64,000 bases of DNA from Anolis carolinensis. Lineage: Eukaryota. Positions 13,525 to 23,641 of this stretch are shown in pieces (the first letter of the stretch is position 1; each line of letters opens with the position of its first letter). The stretch covers positions 48,540,024 through 48,604,023 of the forward strand of contig NC_085845.1 in the NCBI RefSeq assembly GCF_035594765.1, written 5' to 3'. The notes below the pieces were generated by a model. It ran no database searches. It saw only the letters and a list, made by a program, of their open reading frames with translations, and was not told the origin of the DNA. A program made the position numbers and the translations under genes.

Positions 13525-13565
13525 CCTAACGTTTCACCCACATCTACGGCAGGCATCCTCAGAGG
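13525..13565 (-). ncRNA. Minimal type-I hammerhead-ribozyme-like motif in the Penelope pseudo-LTR (sense to LRBA)
   Basis: CCU-CUGAGGA-U-GCCUGC-(7-nt loop)-GUGGGU-GAAAC-GUU-AGG: both core boxes, helix II, a minimal helix III and a short helix I. Confidence 0.6.
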
Positions 13566-15072
13566 TTATGAGGTATGGAGAAATTAAGCAAGGAAGGTTT
13601 ATATATATCTGTAGAAAGTCCAGGGTGAGAGAACTCTTGTCAGTTGGAGGCCAATGTGAATGTTGCAGTTAATCACTTAATTAGCATTGAATAGCTTCAC
13701 CTCCTGGCTTCTTCCTGCCTGGGGGCATCCTTTGTTCAGAGTCATTAGCTGCCCCTGGTTGATTCATGTCTGGAACTCCTCTATTTTCAGAGTGTTGCTT
13801 CTTATTTACTGTTCTGATTTTTGAGTTTTTTAATACTGGTAGTCAGATTTTGTTCATTTTCATGGTTTCCTCCTTTCTGTTGAAGTTGTCCACATGCTTG
13901 TGGATTTCAATGGCTTCTCTGTGTAGTCTGACATGATATTTGTTGGAGTGGTCGAGTATTTCTGTGTTCTCCAATAATATGCTGTGTCCAGGTTGGTTCA
14001 TCAAGTGCTCTGCTATGGCTGATTTCTCTGGTTGAGTTAGTCTGCAGTGCCTTTCATGTTCTTTGACTCATGTTTGGGCGCTGCATTCGGTGGTCCCTAT
14101 CTAGACTTGTCCACATATCCATGGTATACGGTAGACTCCAGCAGAGGTGAGAGGATCTCTCTTGTCCTTTGCTGACAGTAGCATTTGTTGGATTTTCTTT
14201 GTGGGTCTGTAGATAGTTTGTAGGTTGTGTTTCTTCATCAGTTTGCCCATGCGGTCAGTGATTCCCTTGATGTATGGTAAGAACATCTTTCCTCTGGGTG
14301 GATCTTTGTCTTTACTCTCATGGTTTGTTTTTGGCCTCACAGCTCTTCTGATGTCCATAGTGGAGTATCCATTGGCCTGTAGAGCCCAGTTTAGATGGTT
14401 TAGTTCACCTTGGAGGAGGTGAGGTTCGCAGATTCTTTGTGCACGGTCTGTGAGGGCTTTGATTGTGCTTATTTTTTGACTTGGGAGATGGTTGGAGTTT
14501 TTATGAATATATCTATGCAGCTGTGGACAAGTCTACATAGGGACCACCAAACGCAGTGCCCAAACACAAGTCAAAGAACATAAAAGGCACTGCAGACTAA
14601 CTCAACCAGAGAAATCGGCCATAGCAGAGCGCTTGATGAACCAACCTGGACACAGTATATTATTTGAGAACACAGAAATGCTTGACCACTCCAACAACTA
14701 TCATGTCAAACTACACAGCCATTGAAATCCACAAGCATGTGGACAACTTCAACAAAAAGGAGGAAACCATGAAAATGAACAAAATCTGGCTACCAGTATT
14801 AAAAAAATAAAAAATCAGAACATTTTAAAATAAGCAACACGCTGAAAACAGAGGAGTTCCATACATGACTCAACCAGGGGCAGCTAATGACTCTGAACAA
14901 AGGATGCCCCCAGGCAGGAAGAAGCCAGGAGATGAAGCTATTCAGTGCTAATTAAGGTGATTAACTACAACATTCACACTGGTCTTCAAATGACAAAAGT
15001 TCTTCTCTCACCCTGGACCTTCCACAGATATATATATAAACCTTCCTTGCTTAGTTTCTCCATACCTTACTA

Positions 15073-15113
15073 CCTCTGAGGATGCCTGCCATAGATGTGG
15101 GTGAAAAGTCAGG
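15073..15113 (+). ncRNA. Second copy of the hammerhead-like motif (helix III altered)
   Basis: CCU-CUGAGGA-U-GCCUGC-CAUAGAU-GUGGGU-GAAAA-GUC-AGG. Confidence 0.55.
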
Positions 15114-15704
15114 AGAGAATACTTCTGGAACATGGCCATATAGCCTGGAAAACATACAACAACCCTGTGATCCCGGCCATGAAAGCCTTCGACAACACAG
15201 ACAAAATATTTTGTAGTAGTTCCTTTTGTCTTTGAAATAAGTACAACAATTCACTCACATTCAATAACTAGAAAAACTATACAAATTACTGATTGTGATC
15301 CAGAAGTTTACCATGTTTTGGGAAAATGAATACTAATATCTTAACACTAAAAATGGCTGAGTTGTATATTTCAACGTTGGAACTACAGTACTCTGCAATT
15401 ACACATTAATTCCCTCAGCCCGAGCAGCAGGCCTGTGAAGAAAGGATTGATCTCCCTTAATGATGGAATTCTGGCACCACACTTTTATTTTTCACAACAC
15501 AGCGCGGTTAAGAATCCCGCTGTTATTATGAAAATTTCTCTGCAAAGGAGCTCCATCGCATTACCGGTGAGCCCATTCATCATAACCATGCCTCGCTCTT
15601 GCTCATCAACAAGTCTGAGTGATGAAAAGGCCCAATATTATCCTGACAGTACTTCATGCGCATTCTCAATCACACATTATTACGGCATCCATATTAATTT
15701 TCAC

Positions 15705-15980
15705 NNNNNNNNNNNNNNNNNNNNNNNNNNNNNNNNNNNNNNNNNNNNNNNNNNNNNNNNNNNNNNNNNNNNNNNNNNNNNNNNNNNNNNNNNNNNNNNN
15801 NNNNNNNNNNNNNNNNNNNNNNNNNNNNNNNNNNNNNNNNNNNNNNNNNNNNNNNNNNNNNNNNNNNNNNNNNNNNNNNNNNNNNNNNNNNNNNNNNNNN
15901 NNNNNNNNNNNNNNNNNNNNNNNNNNNNNNNNNNNNNNNNNNNNNNNNNNNNNNNNNNNNNNNNNNNNNNNNNNNNNNNN
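15705..15980. other. Assembly gap (276 N)
   Basis: Run of N bases. Confidence 1.
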
Positions 15981-15987
15981 TGATGAG
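15981..15987 (-). CDS. LRBA: LRBA small coding exon, first 7 nt only; the remainder lies in the N gap
   Basis: Minus strand reads ccttgtgcattttag|CTCATCA then Ns. With the phase-1 G from the previous exon this gives GCT CAT CA = A-H-Q, the residues expected after HNLP in LRBA (recalled as AHQGAVQDQPYQLPVEIDPLI). Confidence 0.8.
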
Positions 15988-17807
15988 CTAAAATGCACAA
16001 GGAAGATTTTAGAACTGTGTTATTTGCAGGCATTAAAACCAAGGAAAATCCTATAAATCAAACACTACCTGCCATTGTTTCCCTGGCACAGTGGTAATTC
16101 CTTTCATTTATTAGACTCCATCGATGAAACAAAACAAAACAAAATATCCAGGCATTGCAAAGACTGCTTATTACATTTATTTCAGATTATTGCTATTCTT
16201 AATGTGTACCCGCGTCAGAGAGTCCAGAACCTGGCCATAAGCTACAGCAGATGCTTGACTGGCAGCCTCTCATGTTGCAACAAAACAAAATTAAGTGGTA
16301 AAGAGCACTGAAAACAAAATGTGACAACCATCTGCTGACTATAGCAAATATTGTTTTCCCCTTTAAAAATATTTTTGAACAGCACAGCACAAAGGATTCA
16401 TTAAAAAATCTTATTATTATTTATATAATAAAGATAAGGAATTTCTAGTCCACACAGCATTAAATATTTCATCAATTCTCTGAAAGTTGCATTGTATAAA
16501 AAAGAACTCCAAGAAACATTTCTGGATTGCAGTCTTACAAATGTGTGGAGAGTTTTTGTACCTGAAATGTATTTATTTTGATGATGCAAAAATTCAAAAT
16601 GTCAATGAACACTTCTGGGAATGGTAAGGAACATAATAAATATCATATGTGCAACATCTCACATTTTCGCATACACCTTGCAAAGCACATGCGCGACTGG
16701 GATGATTACACTATTCTTATAGAATTCATAAGCCCTGATTTACTAAAATCTGAGAAAATGATGGTGCAGTGTACGTTTCTAGCCTAGATAGAATATTGAA
16801 TTTGGGAATAAAATGCTCAGGCTGACAAATGAGCAAAACAAAATTGGTGCAAATCATATAAACAGTGCATTGGTATGCTTCATTGTTCTTTGTATATTTA
16901 TTTTGCACATCAAAAAGAATTGTAATACAAATTTAATAGCAAGCCTGGAATAATGATTGGCAAGAAATCAGTGGTAAGGAAGGGTTCATGGGCAGCAGGC
17001 AATTCAGAACAATAGCCTTCAATGAGGTGGCAAGTGGTCAAATATTCTTCCTCATTAGCTTGCTCAACACATGCTCAATACAGCAAGTTACCAAGTCATG
17101 TGTGGTCATCTGTATTACATAATGAATAGCAAGCTGATGAAAAAGCTTTGATATAAGAAACAGAAGAACAAAGAGGATTCGGAAATTTACAATATACATC
17201 TATTGAAATGCAATAGATCTATATTGTCGATCAAAGAATGCAGATGAATTTAGACATTCTGAAAATCATAAATATCAGACTGGACACAAAAAGATCCTTC
17301 TTTGCAAAAGGTCCTTCCATTCATATAAGAAGGTTTTGCAACTGATTTCTGACAGATTTCTCCAGCTGCAGTACCCCAGTGCATCCCATGTCTCAAGAAT
17401 CTTCCCGTCCCTGGAAACCTGGAACAACTTTTTGAGGCATTGCGGGAAGAAGAGGATATAACTTTCATAGAGAGAAGAGATGCAATATAACGTGCTACAC
17501 ATAAGTCACAGAACTCTGATGCACTTTCTTGATGGGACTTCCATTACAATTCACTTGTATTTTGTATGTTCCAATCCAAATATATCGAGAACTGAGGGAC
17601 TTTGGAGAAGCAATGAAAGATGAGATATAAGGTGTTCCACATATATCACAAAAATCGAATTTACCTTTTTATGTGAGTTCCACTACAATTCTACTTGTAT
17701 TTCTTAGGATTCGATCCATTAATAGCAAATAGGCTATGCACATATCTTTTATCTTCCACACACACACACAATCAACATGCAACAATTGCTAGAACAGCCA
17801 TACTCAC

Positions 17808-17985
17808 CAGGAAGATTGTGCCACTTATTCACAGCAAACAGTCGGTTAGCAGTAACTGTAATGACAGCAGGATTTGCCAGAGCAGGCTGGGTATTGGCTG
17901 CTACATGTGTTACAGGAGAGTTGGATGGAAATTTTAGGACCATGATGACATCTTGCTGAGCTTGGTCTGTGAACATCAACGGACT
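17808..17985 (-). CDS. LRBA: LRBA coding exon (BEACH-WD40 linker), 178 nt, phase 0-1; an alternative upstream acceptor extends it to 18000
   Basis: Acceptor ctgcag (AG=17987-17986) and donor gtgagt (GT=17807-17806). Translates SPLMFTDQAQQDVIMVLKFPSNSPVTHVAANTQPALANPAVITVTANRLFAVNKWHNLP plus one G. Confidence 0.95.
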
Positions 17986-18459
17986 CTGCAGGAGGAGATA
18001 CTGTTGAGTGGGTACAACAAGACCCCAAACACATGGGAAAAAGAAAAAAAGCGAAGGAGATAGGAAGGAAAGGACAGGACAAGAGAAGGAAGACCCAATT
18101 AAAATAAGCAAGAACCAAGAGCAGCTGCAAATGAATGCCAAGGCAATAATTTTTGACAGGCCCATGGAAACTATCAGTTTAGAGAACACCTTGATGTGCT
18201 TGCTTAATTGCACACAGAGTGAGAAAAGATCTAAAGGAAACATTCATAGCAGACCACTATTAAAGTGTTCCCAGTCGCCTGTATCTTGCAAATGGTTTAG
18301 CTTTCAAAGAAACCAAGGTAGATCAATAAGAAAAGCAAATCTCAACAGAGAAATAAATAAAATGCAGCCTCTCAGAGTGTCTTAAAAGCTATAGTAAAGC
18401 TCAAAGAAGAAAACCCATGGCAAATTAGAGAGGAAAAATAAATAAAATAACATATGCAG

Positions 18460-18462
<3 letters not shown>

Positions 18463-18498
<36 letters not shown>
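18463..18498 (+). repeat. (CA)n microsatellite
   Basis: Direct reading. Confidence 0.95.
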
Positions 18499-18500
<2 letters not shown>

Positions 18501-18986
18501 TATGTGTATACCTTGAGAATAAATAAGGAAATATCACTACAGAATTATTGTCATGCTTTCATCCAAAACAGAACACATTAAAATAGCTTATGCATGGAAT
18601 TGTAGTCACTGTTCAGATATATTTCAAATACTATTATTTGGGTTCCAGGATGCCTTTGGGAAATGGAGATTACATTGAAATGCGTTTCCAGGTTGCGGGG
18701 GGGGGGGGGGGGGGGGAGGGTGTATAATTCCCACTGATTCTTCCTTCTCCTTTAGACACTGTGGGGCCCATAAACTTCCAAAAGATATTATAGGAAAGCA
18801 GAAAATAATAAAGGGGAAAAGCGGGCTCATTGAAAATTGCACCCTCCATTCCACCAGAAGGGATATTCTGTTGACAGAGTTCTGCTCATGACAATTGAGG
18901 ATGCATTTTAGATTCAATTTAAAAATTTAGATTTTACAGTGGAAAAAATTAAATAAAGAGACACATTCAGCATAAAAAAGTTAATA

Positions 18987-19362
18987 CGTAATTGTTCTCG
19001 TATTTAAGTTGTGGACAGGTTTTGGACCCAAACTTATGGATTTTGATATGATCTGTGGATAACTAGAAGAACATTAGTGGAGAGCACTAATGTCAATGCA
19101 ATTTCTCCCACCTAGACATTTAAAAAGGCCAGAAAAGGCACCATGGTGGAGAGAGTTGAGAGTGGGTTGGTGCTTCTTTTAGGTTTACACAGGATGGATT
19201 CAGCTTTTGCCTTTTTCCACTTTACTCAGAGAAGAAAATGCTTTCTTTTTATATATAAGAGTTAAGGTACAGTAGTCATACTGACCTATGGGTAAGTTAA
19301 CTCAGGGTTTGGGGGTTTGATTTTTTGACCAAAATTTCTAGACTTATACATGAGTACATAGG
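18987..19362. mobile_element. Degenerate Tc1/mariner-type MITE (approximate)
   Basis: Eroded terminal inverted repeats: ...ctcgtatttaagt and acttatacatgagtacata. Confidence 0.4.
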
Positions 19363-19486
19363 ATACTTGCTTTGTCTTAAAGTCAAGGAAGGTGATTCCT
19401 AGTTTGCCCCACTCCTTTAAAGAACTCCAAATTGAAATAACCTATTCTGTCTCCACCTGGATAACACACATCTTTACAGATGATAG

Positions 19487-19607
19487 GGACCCCTTCTACA
19501 CTGGCCCTATATCCCAGGATCTGATCCCAGATTATCTGACAGCGAAAGCTCATATAATCCAGTTCAAAGCAGATAACTTGGAATATAGAGCAGTGTAGAA
19601 GGGGCCT
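19487..19607. mobile_element. Palindromic MITE, PIF/Harbinger-like
   Basis: TIRs ccccttctacactg / cagtgtagaagggg. Shares the internal catataatccagttc motif with 30502-30650. Confidence 0.65.
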
Positions 19608-21168
19608 TAAGTGCATATCATTAAAGGGCTTACAACTAATATTGAAGCACAATTCTTAAGATAAACAGGCTAGCAAATGTAATATTTATGTCATATACTC
19701 TTGACATCATATTATATTATACAATTAAATTGAAATAGTTTCTAGCTAACAAGTAGTTAGGGAAATCATTGTTTTAATGTTCACATAGTATTATTATCTG
19801 AAATTTCAATCAAATGCATACTGCTTTAAAGAAAGAAATCTTAAGATATAAATTAGCTTTGTAAACACTTCTGGTGGCATCCAATATGTAATGTAATTCC
19901 TATAAATAACCTTCATATTTTGTGATGTTTTGTTGACACAGTTATTGAGTAATATAAAGAACATCTCAAGTTTGGGTTGTGAGTGAACTTAGTTTGAACA
20001 CTGTTTGGTGAACAAGATGGATTCAAGTTTTTACATCAACATCCATTTAGTATTACATGTAACTTTATCCACAAAAAAACCCTATTTCTTAATAATGAAT
20101 TAGTATCTTAATGGAATGTGAACAGTTTCAGTCTATTTATCATCATCAGTGTAGCAATAGATGTACACACAGGTAAACGCACATAGGAAAGTATTCATTT
20201 CACATATTTTTATGCATAAATAATAAACCATTAAGTATATTTGCATTTTTATTATCTGTCCTTTTAGGAGTATTAGGAGTGTTTAGAAAAACATATTGCA
20301 CTATGAATTCCTATTTACCATCTTTGTATAAAGGTGTAAATAAAAACAACTAATAAGCTACCCAGACACCCTTTTGAGCAAGTGGCTAAAAGCCAATCAA
20401 TATTATGAGTTAATCCTCCCTGGATGCTCATTCAATTAAAGGTGTCAGTAATGCCTCATCTGATGTGGCCTCAATTAAATCCAGCTATCTGATGGTGTGA
20501 AAACACAAGGGGATACAACAGCAGCAGCCAAACCAGACAAATAGGCAGCCTTCATGTGACTGCTAATTACTACACCTGGTGCATATTATGGCTTGTGCAC
20601 TTAACACAGCCCATGGTGCCTCTCATTTCTTCTCTGCACATAACCAGGAAAAACACACTGAAAGTTTTGTTGATTAACCCAATCATTTCAGTGTAAAAAC
20701 ATTTGATTTTTGTGATGGGAAACACCAATGTGGTGATGCAATTTTTAAAAATATCTAGAAAGCTGCATCTATAAGTCTATTGTTAAAAATGTATCACCTG
20801 GTACCTGAGCTAAAAAGCAGCAATATTTTGGGACAGTAAAAATGACATCCTTCCTATAAGACTTGATCTATACATTTCTAAAGGCATTTGTAGATACAAG
20901 AGTCATTAGTGCATCTGGGTCCATGGAAAAGCTGTAAATTGCAAAGCAGTGCCCAAATCTCATCACCTGCCTATACAGCATCACACAAACACAATTTGTG
21001 TAATCTGGATATAACTTTAAACGAGTACATCATTCATCCCTTACACTTTAATTTGTAAAAACTGACCATTTGGAAGACACTTTTGTGTTGATTTCTGAAT
21101 TCTCACAGCATGTTGAAAACACATACCATCCTTATGCTACTTACTTTTGTCCTTTTATGAACATATAA

Positions 21169-21549
21169 CACTATGTAACAAAATTTGAAAGATTTTCTGT
21201 TTCTGGTTTGAAAGTGTTATTTCCTGTTTAATTGTGTGGTACTTACTTTGAAAGTAGTTGTTTTATACTCAAGGAACTTCGTTTTGTGGCTTCCACAAAC
21301 TATGTTGAATTGACTGAAACTCTATGAGATATCCATTGAAAAATGATAGCCAAATATGCTGAAGGACATCTCGCAAAAACAAAGTTTTTGCAGTTTAATA
21401 AACTTTTTCCATATTTTTATGATAGAACCAATGTGTTTGTTAAATGTTTGATATGGCCTAATCAATAAAGAGTATATGTATATGTATATGATAGAACCAA
21501 TTAGGAAATGACATTTATAACCGAGGAACAAAAACTGTGTCACATAGTG
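21169..21549. mobile_element. Non-autonomous DNA transposon, Chapaev3-like
   Basis: TIRs CACTATGTAACA / TGTCACATAGTG and a 3-bp TSD TAA (21166-21168, 21550-21552). Confidence 0.7.
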
Positions 21550-21795
21550 TAATAATAATATAATGGATAATGAATAATAATGCAAGGTGAGTAACTCAGA
21601 TCTAGGTATGGAAAAAATGTGAGCCAAGCAAAAAAAAAATTTTTTTAATGTGAGAAAATAGGGTTATGTCGAGAGCAAAGTTATCCAGCAGAATTCACCT
21701 GGTTTTTTTTTTGTTCTAAATTACACTAAAAGACTTCTGCATTGTAATGGATTTCATTCTGACCATAACACTATACTTCATAATATAGTTTAGAG

Positions 21796-22123
21796 CAGAG
21801 CTTTCCAGATATTTCATGTTGGTGACACACTTTTTAGATATGCATCATTTCGAAACAAAGTAATTCGGTTTTACTAGTAAAACAAAAGTTAAACCAACCC
21901 CTTATAAGAGATACGGACACATACAGAAATTGTAATAATTAAATGTATGGGGACACAACATATCTCATGAAAACCCTTAAATTATATTTTTAAAAGCATA
22001 TGATTTGTAAGATAATGCCATACATTTCCAAGATTTTTGTCATTTCTCATTATATTGCGGAGCACACCTATATAGTGCAGCAGACACATTAATGTGTCAT
22101 GACACACAGTTTGGAAAACTCTG
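21796..22123. mobile_element. hAT (Charlie-like) MITE
   Basis: TIRs CAGAGCTTTCCA / TGGAAAACTCTG and a perfect 8-bp TSD GTTTAGAG (21788-21795, 22124-22131). It ends ~125 nt downstream of the 22251 exon donor. Confidence 0.88.
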
Positions 22124-22250
22124 GTTTAGAGTGAAAAAATATTTTCTGCCATTTAAAATATATTGTCTTGGAAGGAGTTTCCGTATGTGCATGAAAGAGG
22201 GGGAGAAAGAAAGAGAGAGCTGTTGATGCAGAAAACATCACTTAACTTAC

Positions 22251-22340
22251 CACCTGCATCGCAGAGCTTCTTGGGGGATGTGGTTCTATGAGCAACTGGG
22301 AAGGAGTCTGGCCAAAACTTCGGATTTGAGCTTCAACAGC
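22251..22340 (-). CDS. LRBA: LRBA coding exon (end of BEACH domain), 90 nt, phase 0-0; not in the ORF track
   Basis: Acceptor ttccag (AG=22342-22341) and donor gtaagt (GT=22250-22249). Manual translation gives [30 protein letters not shown], with the BEACH-terminal FGQTPxQL motif. Confidence 0.96.
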
Positions 22341-22904
22341 CTGGAAAAGATATAGGAGGTTTGCTTGTTCAAAAGGTGCTAATTGCAGGCAATAGAACCA
22401 TCCCTGTCACCTGAAAATGTCATTCTATACGTCTGGATGTTTTTAAACCTTGGAGCTCAAGCCTGTGTGCACACTGTGGGGCTAAGAGCTTGGCACTGGT
22501 AATAAGAATGAGGTAATCTTTTTAGTACTTTAGAGGCTATTTCCATGAGAAACTGCAAAACTTCATTCTGCTCTGTGATATTAAGCAGAGACCAACTATT
22601 ACAATCAGAAAGTCTCCTTATGGATTCCGCTTGCTTTGTGTGCAGAGAGCCAAAAAAAGCTAATATTTTACAGGTACTAAAGAAAACTCATGCAAACAAT
22701 TTAAGTGCTTCACCCCAAACCCTGGGCCATTATCCAAAGTAGAAAATGGTAACAAAGGTCTTCAACCACACTTGTTTGTGTGAAAGAGAGGTCAAAATAT
22801 TCTTAGAACATGTTTAAGCTGTTATTAATAAGTATCAAAAGCAACATACAGAAATTTAACAGATAAGTTAAGTTCAAGCTAAACTGTGATCAAAACAACT
22901 GTAC

Positions 22905-23120
22905 AATATACCCTGTACAATTAATGCAGTTTAACACCACTTTAACTGCCATGGTTCAATGTTAAAGAATCATAGGAGTTCTGGTTGGGTGAGACACTAG
23001 CACTCTTTGGCAGAGAAAGCTAAAGATCTTGTAAAACTCTAACTCCCAGGATACCATTGCATTGAGTCCTGGCAGTTCAAGTGGTGTCAAACTGCATTAA
23101 TTCTACAATGTAGATGCACT
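22905..23120. mobile_element. Long-TIR palindromic MITE (family also at ~35872-36663 and, partially, ~60880-60967)
   Basis: aattaatgcagtttaacaccactttaactgcca is mirrored by tggcagttcaagtggtgtcaaactgcattaatt. Confidence 0.75.
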
Positions 23121-23404
23121 CCTAGTAAAACAGAAAGCCATCTCAATTTGGATATAGTCAAAGCAATTTCATTTCTAAACAGTGAAATAAAGGCAATCAA
23201 TGATAGCTAATTAAATTAAACATCAGTTTTAAAATGCAGAGATGGCTGATGTTCTGGTCTTTCTTGCTCGTGTTCTTGTAGTTTAAGACTGGTGTCTTGT
23301 GTATTACTTTCCTGAGATTTCAGTTTCAGTATCCCAACTGTGAGCCTAAGTGATTAAAAAGAAAAGAAAAGAACTGAAATGTTCTACAATTTCAATATTT
23401 CACC

Positions 23405-23641
23405 ATGTTTTCGAAGGCTTTCATGGCTACAATCACAGGGTTGTTGTGTGTTTTCCAGGCTGTATGGCCATGTTCTAGAAGCTTACCATGTTGTAAGCCG
23501 CCCTGAGTCCCTTCGGGTGAGAAGGGTGGGATATAAACGTGAGAAATAAATAATAAAATAAAAATAAATAATAAAATAAAAATAATAAATAAGCATTCTC
23601 TCCTGACATTTAAACCACATCTATGGCAGGCATCCTCAGAG
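23405..23641 (-). mobile_element. Penelope 3'-end fragment interrupted by a short plus-strand L2-type 3' end (~23483-23590)
   Basis: Matches the reverse complement of 15075-15197. The insert is tgtaagccgccctgagtcccttcggg...gatataaa followed by an (A/T)-rich taaa tail. Confidence 0.8.

Larger units (their letters stand above)
13473..15197. mobile_element. Penelope-like element (Poseidon-type), truncated, head-to-head inverted arrangement (13473-~14514 minus; ~14515-15197 plus)
   Basis: GIY-YIG endonuclease remnant GVYRIP.CGQVYIGTTKR...EH...KSAIAEH in both arms. Inverted arms of ~650 bp. A 32-nt 3' tail (15166-15197) is on the right arm only. 13-bp TSD CAGACAAAATATT at 13460-13472 and 15198-15210. 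Confidence 0.92.

Noticed and set aside
15435-16056. Four ORFs spanning the N run
   Set aside because: They are open only because Ns contain no stop codons.
22251-22253. Tandem donor CAG|GTG|gtaagt removing one Val
   Set aside because: The upstream donor GTGGTA is a poor consensus match next to a perfect GTAAGT; no further support.
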